Source: Amphiscolops sp. MND2022 (Eukaryota). From it: DNA of 60,000 nt. The first letter of the stretch is position 1, and every line of letters starts with the position of its first letter. The DNA lies in assembly GCA_964187785.1 (NCBI GenBank), contig OZ076409.1, positions 30,878,001-30,938,000 on the forward strand, written 5' to 3'. The translations under genes and the position numbers were made by a program. Of the stretch, positions 1 through 13,445 are shown piece by piece. Under the pieces are notes generated by a model. That model made no database searches and was not told where the DNA came from. It saw only the letters and a program-made list of their open reading frames with translations.

Positions 1-1145
1 AGACTCGTTCGAGCTATAATAGAAACCTATGACAGCACAGGAACCCTCGTGTATCTAAAGTTATTCAAAAAAGAAAGGACGACTACATATTCTTGCGCAG
101 AAGTAAACCTGACAAAAGAAATGCTTGGAAAGTTGTTTTCGAGACTGATTTCGAATTTACAACCAAACCACCAGGTAACTCTGGAAATGGGCCAAACCCA
201 GCTACGAAGGTGACGAAGTCTTGAGGTATCTTTATCAATTCGGGAGAGGAGTACAACGACGAAAATAAACAGAACATTGACCCCTAAAATATGGTGGAGG
301 CCATGTTTTTGATGTCTCCTGATTATTTCAAACACTTCAGTAAAAATTTGCGATTTATCATGTTCAAGGAAAAGGCCAAAACGAGTTGATTTTCCTCTAA
401 AACAGATTTTTTGTTCGGTTTACACCCACACGCAAATGAAGGTTTATGTAACATCCAAGCAGACAATCAATATCACGTTCTTGCTCAAAGTTCTGGAGAT
501 AATCAACCCGATGGTCAACCTAAAAGGTATTAGTTACCGTACATACATACTAACTACTATTTTACGATTATCAAACAGTGAAGAGAAGGAAGTGTATATT
601 GAAATATTTGAGCGTTTGGATCAAAGAGTTCAATAAAAAGGAGGTTTAGCCAATTCAAGCTGGAAACCTGAAAAATTTTGCTTCCAGTGTGTTTGTCAGT
701 GCAAGAATTTGACAAGGCCGTACAAGTCAGTTCAGGAGTCAAACAACAATGCAGCGGTTGGAAAGTGTTACGCTCGAACCGTCTCGTGGACATCTTCTCC
801 TCATTGCAGATTTGTGTCAATTTGGTGATGGTACTCTCAGTTTAGCCCATGTTCTAACTTTTCTTCGAATGAAAACAACTGAAAATTAAAAGTAACTCAC
901 ATTGAATGTTTCTTTTTACAAAGCGCAGCAAGTCAGTTTCAATAACGAGAAAATGCTAGCAGTATGAACACAATAGAAAGCAAACAAGTTTGATTTTTGA
1001 TTTAGTAAGGTCATGCTAGAATCATCCGTCAAAACTTGTCGAATTGTCGATGTTGACAGCAAAAGTCTTTCAGCGTTTTTGGGCGTGCAACTTTGTTTTC
1101 ACTTGTCACATTACTACACACGACCTAGTGTCTACCGGACTTGTT

Positions 1146-2515
1146 TTAATGCTCCGAATTAACCACAATAAATCTTTTGGTCGGCAGTAGAATTGAAAAT
1201 TTATCTGCTGTTGAAAAACCGCTAAACCTAACTTTGAGACAATTAGAGTTTTGTAGACACTCAGAGCGGAAAGGCTTACCCTTTTCTTGTTGTTGGATTC
1301 TGAATACCGTTTTTGGATACTTTTCGATTCGAATCAATATAAAACGTTGAAGCTCTTTCTGTTATAAATAGTTGAAGATGAAAATGTCAGTGTTCCTCAC
1401 AAGCGACCCTGGAAACGTTAGTTCAAAAGAAACGGCAGCATTGGTGAGCATCGGGGTATAAAAATCATGCTAAGCTTGTTGAGTACTGGTCAGATCGAAA
1501 ACAATCGGAAAACGATTACTGAATCAATGAAAGTAATTCCATGTGCACCAGAGGCAAACGCATCAACTGTTGATAAGAATACACTTTTCTCATCATTTGT
1601 CGCCAATGATGTTCCTGCTACAGGTTATCTATTCGGATGCATGCTATCTCGTTCAACCTTTGTTTCTGATAATTGAAAATAATTGTAGGTTTTGAGCCGA
1701 GGAAAGCTTAGAAATTAATGCAAAACTTCGAATGAGTTTTTGATAAATACATCCTCTTTGCTCCATCTTCGGCTACCTGTTGGAATCAGAAACGATTTTG
1801 ATAAAACCTCACTATGCTGACACAATGCAGATGTTTTTTGACATAGTTTTTTTCCTATGGCAGTAACAACTGTGCAATTAGTTGATGTAGTTTTGTAGTT
1901 TTTGAAGCATCATCGTAAATCAAAACAAATTAGGGCTTGGATCTCACGAAGAGAATGCGCAAAGTAACTCCACTGAGCAATTGTTTGTCACATGGAAACA
2001 CATCTGATGCAATTCTACCGGAAAAAGTCAATTCATGGGATTGCCTGGGTTCCTGTTCCCTAGTTGTGAAATTATCAGTTGCTTTGTCGGTGGGATTATT
2101 TTCGTATGTATATTCCTGATATCTAAACCATGCTTCTTCAGATTCTTTGCCATGGGACAATTCTCTCTCAATGAAGGTATTTTTGGGCATGAAGACCGTT
2201 AGCGTTGGAGATTTTTATCCCTTTGCTGATACTGTGCATAGAGGAGAAAACGAGTGATGAGTGGTATTTGCAGAATGTGGGAGTGTTGCATTGGCATCAG
2301 CTGCAGCGCACCGCAAGTATGTTCATTTTGCACAAATATACATTTCTCTTCCGGGAAAATGTTTTCTATATCTAGACAACTCCAAAGTCTAATGTTGGTC
2401 CATTAGGTGCGTGAGTAGGTCGAATTGTTTGTTCAATAGTAATCGAAACCGGTGATCGCTCAAAAATGTAAGGTGAGCTGTGTGCTGCTTCCACTGGTAA
2501 AACGTTAGGTAACAT
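1146..2515 (-). pseudogene. Polinton major capsid protein (double jelly-roll, PY-like), fragmented
   Basis: N-terminus MLPNVLPVEAAHSSPYIFERSP...GPTLDF from ATG 2515; internal TFIERELSHGKE and FSGRIASDVFPCDKQLLSGVTLRILFVRSKP (ORF 1930-2190); C-terminal LKVRF...IVVNSEH (ORF 1146-1337). Confidence 0.65.
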
Positions 2516-2869
2516 CGTTCACGTCTGAACTGAAATCAGACCGACTTCTCTAGTTGCGTTTTCTTTTTGTATTTGCTTTTCGTTTTACTGACCATTTTTT
2601 TGTACACGTTTTTTTCTTCCGCCAATCTGCTTCTTAGATTGACTTAGGAAGAGCTTTTTGCTGCTTTTTGCGGTAATTTTCTGGTCCAATACTTTTGGAA
2701 CACTTGTTAAGTATTTCTCTTCCAAATGACTTTGCTACTGGTAGCAGAAACGATTATAGCAAGTGTAAATCTACATGGCGATTCCTCCTGCTATGCTTCA
2801 ATCCCATCTAATGCCGTGTTGTCTGTTATAACTTGAAATTGAGGTAAATACACTTGTTTTGCATAATAC

Positions 2870-3712
2870 TCATCTTTGGGAATTGTTTGAACTTTAGCGC
2901 TAATACTACCTGTCCTTTTCCAACAAATGTAACAAGGTTACCTGTTTCTGTTCTTAGTTGAATACAAATATTGTTTGAATGTTTTGAACTAACAGTTTTA
3001 TGTATTGCAGATCGAAAAATGATCTTGTCTGCTTGCAGTGCAGAGTCGAGACCTTTCGGTTTTCTATGCGGGTTCCACTACCTACTCGTCGTAGTAAAGG
3101 TGCTTTCACATCTCTAGTTTTCTGATAATCAATCGTGTCTGTGTAAACGAAAATCAACGTTTTTCCGGAAAGTAAGTCAGAAGACGTCTGCTACAAGAGT
3201 TCTAACTGTTAATAACCATTTATTCCCGATGTGAAAGCTAAATCAGATTTTTGAAACGCATTAGATATGGAATGTTTCCTCTCGGAAACGTCCAACCAAC
3301 ATTTGCATCTAATTTGTCTTCAACTTTGCCACTTTGGGTTTGATTGTTACCATTCTCAATGAGCCCGGGAAGAAACTCACGTGTTCCAAATAGTAACGTC
3401 TGAATACTGTCATACTGTCTCGGTGTATTTTTTGATGGCAAGGTACCCCTATTTTTTCATTTTCATTCTCATCTTCGTCTACGGAGCTCTCATCGACGAC
3501 ATTTGTGTTTGGTTTTCTTGTTCTTATAAAGAATTTGTATCAACATTATATATCTGATATCTGAGATGTGGTAATAAATTCCGAAAGGGACACTCTCCAA
3601 TCACTTTCCAACGAAATAATTGAGGTAGCTGGTTTTTGAATGATGTCAGTGGGTTGTTCGGAACACTACCCATTGAAGCAGTGAAAACAAAATTGGTTTC
3701 AAAATTGTCCAA
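2870..3712 (-). pseudogene. Polinton minor capsid/penton-like protein, fragmented
   Basis: ASMGSVPNNPLTSFKNQLP at the N-terminus (ORF 3524-3712) and IFVYTDTIDYQ..DVKAPLLR near the C-terminus (ORF 2954-3157), both typical of this Maverick family. Confidence 0.65.
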
Positions 3713-3769
3713 TTTTTCCTAACCAAAACTTTCTTGTTGTGAAAAGTTTCCCAGTAGTTTTCTACTTGA

Positions 3770-4650
3770 GAGTCATCTAAGTTGTTTGTAGGACTGTTGA
3801 GGGTAGCATTTTTATCGATTTGAAAAACTTCCTTCGGGAATTTTGCTTGCAGCCTTTTCTGAATGGTAAATCTTTCTTTGCCACTCTCACAAAATCACCC
3901 TCTTTTAATTTTGGTTTTTGTGACGTATTGACATTCGTCAAGGAAACTAGATGGGCTATATGTATGCTTCTCAACTCCTTTTTCTCGGAGCCAGTCACTC
4001 TGTTGACAAGTTAATTAATAATGTCAACGAAATCATAAAGTTGATGTAATGATAAGTCCACTTTTTTCCATATGCTTTTAAATGATATTTTCGAGCGAAC
4101 GAATATTGCGCTCAGCAAAAGCAAAGTTTGTTTCCCTGTGAGTATTGTAGATTTCCTTTCCTTTTGACCCACAAAATTGATTGAACTCCCCCAATGATTT
4201 CTGTCATTGTCGGACCAATATTTTAGGGTGTCTTTGAAGTTCATTCTTTCAAACGCTCGGCTAAAGTCGATCGCTGTTTTGCCCTTTCTCCAGTTGAACT
4301 CGTGAAAAACGTGAGAGGACAACTTCTGCAACAAGTTAATATTTCACGCCATTTTTGTATTAGCCTGTTTTTTTTCCAAATAGGCAGTATCTTTTGACCA
4401 AATTTCATTCCTTCTGTACACTTGAACTTTGAGTCGATAAAAGATTTTCTAGGCGTCCGGTATTTCGTATGTGCATCCCTTTGTGCTAAAACAATTTGCA
4501 CTGTCTTTTCTCAGTAATCTGTTTGCTTTTTTGAAACTCTGTACACTACCATATGCGGCTACACTACCATCTCTCGGGAGTTGTCCATTCGATCCAGACG
4601 CTTTGCTTTCAGCATCTTCTTTAGATTCTGTGATCCGGCATCTCATTTAA
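3770..4650 (-). pseudogene. Polinton c-integrase, frameshifted
   Basis: GSVAAYGSVQSF, AHTKYRTPRKSF, and C-terminal KLKEGDFVRVAKKDLPFRKGCKQN (Maverick-integrase-like FxKGYxxN region) across ORFs 4449-4646, 4241-4501, 4011-4334 and 3777-3998. Confidence 0.75.
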
Positions 4651-6560
4651 CTTCAGGGGGTTCCTTCTCTTTCTTCTCGTCACTGCACCAGGGTTCAAAA
4701 TGTTCTTGGCTAGTTTATATTATACCAAGTTAATGTTCAATTTCAATCCTTTTAGGATGACTGAACATGAATTATCAGTCAAGTTTTTTGTTGCTGTTTG
4801 TTGTAGGGAAATGTTGAGAAAATAATTTTTGTGGGGTTTTTGTTTACGGATATTTCACCAGTGCCGTAAAAAATTAACTATTTCAGAATCTTCAAGTTTG
4901 TTCAAAACCTCTAGTCTTTTTGTTTTCGTGCTGCTTCAAGCATACCCATTGATTTTAGAACTGTTTCATTGGTAATTTTTTCGCTCATCTTTGTCGTTAC
5001 AGTGTTTGGAAAGGTTTTAAACCAGTGAGTTGCTCTTTTGCTCAGCTCCTGCATCTTTCAAATCTTTTAACGTTGAACTTTTTTCAGTATAGAAACTTCC
5101 GGATTTCTATAGGAACTCCTGGGTGTTCATCACCAAAAATATCATTGTGGTAGATAGCGGAAACAAAGACGAGAAACCAAATTCAATAGATTCAGACAAC
5201 TCTTAGGCATCAGAATGTTTCTTTAGATTTAATTGGAATACCGGATTTCACAGAGCTGTTTGAGTTGTGACTTGTAAATGTATGCTCACCCAAATTGACT
5301 GCTACTGTACCGTTTATAAATTTGATTGCTCATTCACAGCAGAGTTTTAGAAATCCTAAGTCACAGTGTTTCCAAAATTTTCGCTGCTGAAGTGAAGTGA
5401 ATTTTTCCCAGGAGAGTATATGCAACTTTTTCGCGCTCCTTGTCAATCTCTGTACTATTGCCTGTGACGAAGGCAGATAAAAAACAGTTGGTCCTGGGCC
5501 TACAATATTAAAACAAAATTTCAAAGAAGCAAATCTTTAGGATACAGATCAAAAAGTAATTGACCAAAGGGCTCTGCAACAGCGTTTGTATAACATTCTT
5601 TCAAGACATCACTTCTATTCAAATGTCCTCTGAAATATTGAATTTGTTGACTGCCTCGAGGTGAAGTTAAAACGATATTGTGTGTGTTATCTAAGTCAAT
5701 TGTTCGTGACCACTTGCTCTGATGAAAAAGAGGTAGGTCTTTTCGTTTAGACAGGTTATGAGAAAACTCACAACAGTCCCACAAGACCAAAAAATATCTG
5801 AATGCTCTCCCAAAGGCTTGGAAAACGTTTTTCCTGAACCGATCATTTCGTAAAACGAAAGTTTAATGGGAACCAAGTTCCATCTTTTTTGGTATCAAAA
5901 ACAATTTTTAATGTCTTCGGTAAAAGGAATACTGCCAAAAGTTCTAGGGAACGCTCTTTTTCAGAACGCTGTTTCTGTTGAGAATTCAAGAGGGCAACTT
6001 AGATTTTTTGTATGTGCATCCCTTTGTGCTAAAACAATTTGCACTGTCTTTTCTCAGTAATATGTTTGCTTTTTTGAAACTCTGTACACTACCATATGCG
6101 GCTACACTACCATCTCTCGGGAGTTGTCCATTCGATCCAGACGCTTTGCTTTCAGCATGTTCTTTAGATTCTGTGATCTGGCATCTCATTTAACTTCAGG
6201 GGGTTCCTTCTCTTTCTTCTCGTCACTGCACCAGGGTTCAAAATGTTCTTGGCTAGTTTATTGGATACCAAGTTAATGTTCAATTTCAATCCTTTTAGGA
6301 TGACTGAACATGAATTATCAGTCAAGTTTTTTGTTGCTGTTTGTTGTAGGGAAATGTTGAGAAAATAATTTTGGTGGGGTTTTTGTTTACGGATATTTCA
6401 CCAGTGCCGTAAAAATCAACTATTTCAGAATCTTCAAGTTTGTTCAAAACCTCTAGTCTTTTTGTTTTTGTGCTGCTTTAAGCAAATCCATTGATTTCAA
6501 AACTGTTTCATTGGTAATTCTTTCTCTCATCTTTGTCGATACAGTGTTTGGAAAGGTTTT
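4467..6560. repeat. ~550-bp direct duplication (4467-5018 and 6010-6560)
   Basis: Near-identical sequence from gtatgtgcatccc to gtgtttggaaaggtttt at both sites; twin ORFs 4449-4646 and 5986-6189. Confidence 0.92.
5440..5900 (-). pseudogene. Polinton packaging ATPase C-terminal fragment
   Basis: LFHQSKWSRTIDLDNTHNIVLTSPRGSQQIQYF...ECYTNAVAEPFGQLLFDLYP matches the conserved C-terminal half of Polinton ATPases. Confidence 0.75.
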
Positions 6561-8462
6561 GTCAAGTTTTTTACTGTGAAGTGGAAACCAGTCAAAGTAC
6601 CTAATTGTAGAGAGTATAAACTAGTCATTTACCGCATTTTGATCACTACGCGTACCGCCAAATCACACAGTGTAACGAGCAAAACACGTAACGCGTATTT
6701 GAAATAAGAACGCGTTTTTATTGGCTGTTAATCGAACTAGCAAGATCTTGCTAGTTCGTTGCGGCATACGAATCGTAATGGATATGGCGCCGACTTGGGC
6801 CGTTCCCGGCTCGTTCGATTTTGGAGACACCCACTCAACAATCTTTGAAAATGCGTGCAATGCGATGTAATATTGCCTGAAAATCCTATTCAAGAGTTTT
6901 CTTTACCATACGGTCAGCTGGTGCCTTTAGTAGTTTGCAGATCTTAAGTGGTTCAAATACGTACCACGATGGTAGTTAGTCTTAAATGTCTCGAAAGGGT
7001 CCCCCTTCAATATTTTTGACAGTTCGCAACAGAATACATGTTGAAAAATCCGAAAGGGTCTCTTTTTAACGCCCCAGGGCCCGCGTTAGCGGTACTTCGG
7101 CGCGCCAATTCAGTCCAACGTTTGGGGTTTTTGATAACTGTAAAACAGATTACTTGACACTTTGCCTCTGCAATTTTTGAACCTCAGATATGACGCCAAC
7201 TTATGCCGTTTCCGGCTTGTTGATCTGCTCATGACAAGCTTTCTCACACGATGGTACCACGATGGTAATTAGGGTTAAGTGTCTCGGAAGGGTCCCCCTT
7301 CATTATTTTTGACAGTTCGCAACAGAATGGATGTTGAAAAATCCGAAAGTGTCTCTCTTTATAGCGCGCCAGGGGCCCGCGTTAGCTGTGCCCCGGCGCG
7401 CCAATTCAGTCCAACGTTTGGGGTTTTCGATAACTGTAAAATAGATTTCTTGACACCTTGCCTCTGCAATTTTTGAGCCTCGGATATAGCGCTAACTTTT
7501 GCCGTTTCCGGCTTGTTGATCTGCTCATGGAAAGCTTTCTCACACCGGAGTCCGGATTTTGGTGAGAACTCACTATCGCACCTTTTTTACGCACTTGTGC
7601 CTCATTTTCATTTTACGCACCAACTTCATTTTATGCGCACATTTCAGGTAATTGTGCTAGCCCTAAGTTTTTTTCAAATGTTTTCAATTGTTGTACCTTG
7701 AATGTTTTTGAGCCTTAGATATGGCGCTGACTTGGGCCGTTCCCGGTTTGTTCGATTTTGGAGACATCCACTCAACAAGCTGTGAAAATGTGTTCAATGC
7801 GATGTAATTTTGCCTGAGAATATTATTCAAGAGTTTTCTTTTCCATACGGTCAGCTGGTGCCTTCAGACGTTTGCAGATCTTAAGTGGTGCAAATTAGTA
7901 CCACGATGGTAATTAGGGTTAAGTGTCTCGGAAGGGTCCCCCTTCATTATTTTTGACAGTTCGCAACAGAATGGATGTTGAAAAATCCGAAAGTGTCTTT
8001 CTTTATAGCGCGCCAGGGGCCCGCGTTAGCTGTGCCCCGGCGCGCCAATTCAGTCCAACGTTTGGGGTTTTTGATAACTGTAAAACAGATTACTTGACAC
8101 TTTGCCTCTGCAATTTTTGAACCTCAGATATGACGCCAACTTATGCCGTTTCCGGCTTGTTGATCTGCTCATGGCAAGCTTTCTCACACCGGAGTCCGGA
8201 TTATGGCGAGAACTCACTTTCTGACCTTTTTTACGCACTTTTACCTCATTGTCAATTTCACGCACCAAATTCATTTTATGCGCACATTCCAGAAAATTTA
8301 TGGTGGGAAAATAGATGAAAGCCACTGTTCAGCATCAAAGAGGAAAATAGATGTAAGCTTTTGTTTGCTTTTCCTAAAGAGGACGCAATTATTTACCGTC
8401 ATTAATAGAGGACCTTCATTATTGAATTTCTTTCGCTGGTTTTGTTTGCATTGTAGATAAAA

Positions 8463-8942
8463 ATGCCTAAACAGAAATATTCTGGATCTATTTTTATTAA
8501 AAGCTTGACTAGTGGCGAGAGTGTATGGAAGTATAGACCTGCTAAAAATGACGTATTTTGTAAATTATGTTGTATTGCTTTCAATTACGATGATTCTAAT
8601 GTAAAATGGCAATGCGACAGACACTCCACTCGGGAAAACCACGTGAAACAAGTTCGTTTGAACGCGAAAAGACAGCAGACTCTTTCATTTGCAGCTAATT
8701 TGTTCAGTAAAAACCTTTTTTTACTGATCTTGCAGAGGCGTTTGTTTGTGCTAATATTCCGTTCGAAAAGTCACAAAACCCAGTTTTTAAAGCTTTTTTT
8801 AGAAAATACTGCCAAATCAGCACCCGATGAGTGTACCGTACGAAAACCTTACCTGCCATCACTTTTTAAGTATATTTTGGATATAGTGAAGGACAACATT
8901 GGCGATGCCGAATATTTTGTAATGGAGGATGAAGCTATTGAT
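8463..8942 (+). pseudogene. Truncated hAT transposase N-terminus (zinc finger), array copy 1
   Basis: FCKLC...CDRHSTRENH; homology with the 16782 copy ends at gaagctattgat (~8942). Confidence 0.75.
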
Positions 8943-10455
8943 GGTTTTTCCTCTACCATTGCCGGCGTTTTCAAAAGTTTACCAAAAAAGTTTCACAGTG
9001 CCAAAGAACGCAGAAGAAGGGACTTTTTGGGTTTTCTCATTGTCCAGTTGGGCGCAGAAAATCAAAACACCTTTGGCGACATCAAAAAGTTTCGGAAAAA
9101 ATGTCTCCCAATGCCGAAAAAAACAGTAAAGCCCATCCTTCTGAGCTGTATAGTAACGAAATCGTTGTTAACTATGGTACCCCATGGTGGCACCCTTTGG
9201 AAGCACCCGAGAGTGCTGTTTAAGTGCAGATCTTAAGTGGTGCAAATACGTACCACGATGGTAGTTAGTGTTAAATGTCTCGAAAGGGTCCCCCTTCAAT
9301 ATTTTTGACAGTTCGCAACAGAATACATGTTGAAAAATCCGAAAGGGTCTCTTTTTAACGCCCCAGGGCCCGCGTTAGCGGTACTTCGGCGCGCCAATTC
9401 AGTCCAATGTTTGGGGTTTTTGATAACTGTAAAACAGATTACTTGACACTTTGCCTCTGCTATTTTTGAACCTCAGATATGACGCCAACTTATGCCGTTT
9501 CCGGCTTGTTGATCTGCTCATGGCAAGCTTTCTCACACCAGAGTCCGGATTTTGGTGAGAACTCACTATCGCACCTTTTTTACGCACTTGTGCCTCATTT
9601 TCATTTTACGCACCAAATTCATTTTATGCGCACATTTCAGGTAATTGTGCTAGCCCTAAGTTTTTTTCAAAAGTTTTCAATTGTTGTACCTTGAATGTTT
9701 TTGAGCCTTAGATATGGCGCTGACTTGGGCCGTTCCCGGTTTGTTCGATTTTGAAGACATCCACTCAACAAGCTGTGAAAATGTGTTCAATGCGATGTAA
9801 TTTTGCCTGAGAATATTATTCAAGAGTTCTCTTTTCCATACGGTCAGCTGGTGCCTTCAGACGTTTGCAGATCTTAAGTGGTGCAAATTAGTACCACGAT
9901 GGTAATTAGGGTTAAGTGTCTCGAAAGGGTCCCCCTTCATTATTTTTGACAGTTCGCAACAGAATGGATGTTGAAAAATCCGAAAGTGTCTCTCTTTATA
10001 GCGCGCCAGGGGCCCGCGTTAGCTGTGCCCCGGCGCGCCAATTCAGTCCAACGTTTGGGGTTTTCGATAACTGTAAAATAGATTTCTTGACACCTTGCCT
10101 CTGCAATTTTTGAGCCTCGGATATAGCGCTAACTTTTGCCGTTTCCGGCTTGTTGATCTGCTCATGGAAAGCTTTCTCACACCGGAGTCCGGATTATGGC
10201 GAGAACTCACTTTCTGACCTTTTTTACGCACTTTTACCTCATTGTCAATTTCACGCACCAAATTCATTTTATGCGCACATTTCAGAAAATTTATGGTGGG
10301 AAAATAGATGAAAGCCATTGTTCAGCATCAAAGAGGAAAATAGATGTAAGCTTTTGTTTGCTTTTCCTAAAGAGGACGCAATTATTTACCGTCATTAATA
10401 GAGGACCTTCATTATTGAATTTCTTTCGCTGGTTTTGTTTGCATTGTAGATAATA

Positions 10456-10933
10456 ATGCCTAAACAGAAATATTCTGGATCTATTTTTATTAAAAGCTTG
10501 ACTAGTGGCGAGAGTGTATGGAAGTATAGACCTGCTAAAAATGACGTATTTTGTAAATTATGTTGTATTGCTTTTAATTACGATGATTCTAATGTAAAAT
10601 GGCAATGCGACAGACACTCCACTCGGGAAAAGCACGTGAAACAAGTTCGTTTGAACGCGAAAAGACAGCAGACTTTTTCATTTGCAGCTAATTTGGTCAG
10701 TAAAAACCTGTTTTTACTGATCTTGCAGAGGCGTTTGTTTGTGCTAATATTCCGTTCGAAAAGTCACAAAACCCAGTTTTTAAAGCTTTTTTAGAAAATA
10801 CTGCCAAATCATCACCCGATGAGTGTACCGTACGAAAATCTTACCTGCCATCACTTTTTAAGTATAGTTTGGATATAGTGAAGGACAACATTGGCGATGC
10901 CGAATATTTTGTAATGGAGGATGAAGCTATTGA
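10456..10933 (+). pseudogene. Truncated hAT transposase N-terminus, array copy 2
   Basis: ORF 10456-10794 is near-identical to the copies at 8463 and 16782. Confidence 0.75.
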
Positions 10934-12097
10934 TGGTTTTTCCTCTACCATTGCCGGCGTTTTCAAAAGTTTACCAAAAAAGTTTCACAGTGCCAAAGAA
11001 CGCAGAAGAGGGGACTTTTTGGGTTTTCTCCTTGTCCAGTTGGGCGCAGAAAATCAAAACACCTTTCGCGACATCAAAAAGTTTCGGAAAAAATGTCTCC
11101 CAATGCCGAAAAAAACAGTAAAGCCCATCCCTCTGAGCTGTATAGTAACGAAATTGTTGTTAACTATGGTACCCCATGGTGGCACCCTTTAGAAGCACCC
11201 GAGAGTGCTGTTTAAGTGCAGATCTTAAGTGGTGCAAATACGTACCACGATGGTAGTTAGTGTTATATGTCTCGAAAGGGTCCCCCTTCAATACTTTTGA
11301 CAGTTCGCAACAGAATACATGTTGAAAAATCCGAAAGGGTCTCTTTTTAACGCCCCAGGGCCCGCGTTAGCGGTACTTCGGCGCGCCAATTCAGTCCAAC
11401 GTTTGGGGTTTTTGATAACTGTAAAACAGATTACTTGACACTTTGCCTCTGCAATTTTTGAACCTCAGATATGACGCCAACTTATGCCGTTTCCGGCTTG
11501 TTGATCTGCTCATGGCAAGCTTTCTCACACGATGGTACCACGATGGTAATTAGGGTTAAGTGTCTCGGAAGATCCCCTTCATTATTTTTGACAGTTCGCA
11601 ACAGAATGGATGTTGAAAAATCCGAAAGTGTCTCTCTTTATAGCGCGCCAGGGGCCCGCGTTAGCTGTGCCCCGGCGCGCCAATTCAGTTCAACGTTTGG
11701 GGTTTTCGATAACTGTAAAATAGATTTCTTGACACCTTGCCTCTGCAATTTTTGAGCCTCGGATATAGCGCTAACTTTTGCCGTTTCCGGCTTGTTGATC
11801 TGCTCATGGAAAGCTTTCTCACACCGGAGTCCGGATTATGGCGAGAACTCACTTTCTGACCTTTTTTACGCACTTTTACCTCATTGTCAATTTCACGCAC
11901 CAAATTCATTTTATGCGCACATTTCAGAAAATTTATGGTGGGAAAATAGATGAAAGCCATTGTTCAGCATCAAAGAGGAAAATAGATGTAAGCTTTTGTT
12001 TGCTTTTCCTAAAGAGGACGCAATTATTTACCGTCATTAATAGAGGACCTTCATTATTGAATTTCTTTCGCTGGTTTTGTTTGCATTGTAGATAATA

Positions 12098-12575
12098 ATG
12101 CCTAAACAGAAATATCCTGGATCTATTTTTATTAAAAGCTTGACTAGTGGCGAGAGTGTATGGAAGTATAGACCTGCTAAAAATGACGTATTTTGTAAAT
12201 TATGTTGTATTGCTTTTAATTACGATGATTCTAATGTAAAATGGCAATGCGACAGACACTCCACTCGGGAAAAGCACGTGAAACAAGTTCGTTTGAACGC
12301 GAAAAGACAGCAGACTCTTTCATTTGCAGCTAATTTGGTCAGTAAAAACCTGTTTTTACTGATCTTGCAGAGGCGTTTGTTTGTGCTAATATTCCGTTCG
12401 AAAAGTCACAAAACCCAGTTTTTAAAGCTTTTTTAGAAAATACTGCCAAATCAGCACCCGATGAGTGTACCGTACGAAAATCTTACCTGCCATCACTTTT
12501 TGAGTTTAGTTTGGATATAGTGAAGGACAACATTGGCGATGCCGAATATTTTGTAATGGAGGATGAAGCTATTGA
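12098..12575 (+). pseudogene. Truncated hAT transposase N-terminus, array copy 3
   Basis: ORF 12098-12436 is near-identical to the other copies. Confidence 0.75.
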
Positions 12576-13445
12576 TGGTTTTTCCTCTACCATTGCCGGC
12601 GGTTTCAATAGTTTACCAAAAAAGTTTCACAGTGCCAAAGAACGCAGAAGAGGGGACTTTTTGGGTTTTCTCATTGTCCAGTTGGGCGCAGAAAATCAAA
12701 ACACCTTTCGCGACATCAAAAAGTTTCGGAAAAAATGTCTCCCAATGCCGAAAAAAACAGTAAAGCCCATCCCTCTGAGCTGTATAGTAACGAAATCGTT
12801 GTTAACTATGGTACCCCATGGTGGCACCCTTTGGAAGCACCCGAGAGTGCTGTTTAAGTGCAGATCTTAAGTGGTGCAAATACGTACCACGATGGTAGTT
12901 AGTGTTAAATGTCTCGAAAGGGTCCCCCTTCAATACTTTTGACAGTTCGCAACAGAATACATGTTGAAAAATCCGAAAGGGTCTCTTTTTAACGCCCCAG
13001 GGCCCGCGTTAGCGGTACTTCGGCGCGCCAATTCAGTCCAACGTTTGGGGTTTTCGATAACTGTAAAATAGATTTCTTGACACCTTGCCTCTGCAATTTT
13101 TGAGCCTTGGATATAGCGCTAACTTTTGCCGTTTCCGGCTTGTTGATCTGCTCATGGAAAGCTTTCTCACACCGGAGTCCGGATTATGGCGAGAACTCAC
13201 TTTCTGACCTTTTTTACGCACTTTTACCTCATTGTCAATTTCACGCACCAAATTCATTTTATGCGCACATTTCAGAAAATTTATGGTGGGAAAATAGATG
13301 AAAACCATTGTTCAGCATCAAAGAGGAAAATAGATGTAAGCTTTTGTTTGCTTTTCCTAAAGAGGACGCAATTATGTACCGTCATTAATAGAGGACCTTC
13401 ATTATTGAATTTCTTTCGCTGGTTTTGTTTGCATTGTAGATAATA

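Larger units (their letters stand above)
1146..6560 (-). mobile_element. Degenerate Polinton/Maverick (adintovirus-like) element fragment; may extend left to the window start
   Basis: Co-oriented minus-strand remnants of packaging ATPase, retroviral-type integrase, minor capsid and major capsid with Polinton-type motifs. All are broken by stops/frameshifts; no termini or pPolB seen. Confidence 0.8.

Noticed and set aside
27..335. Polinton cysteine protease remnant
   Set aside because: The position is plausible, but no catalytic His/Cys motif could be read with confidence.
8463..9236. 257-aa ORF as a genuine gene
   Set aside because: It is a chimera of frameshifted hAT sequence and repeat filler, open only through a 1-nt indel in this copy.
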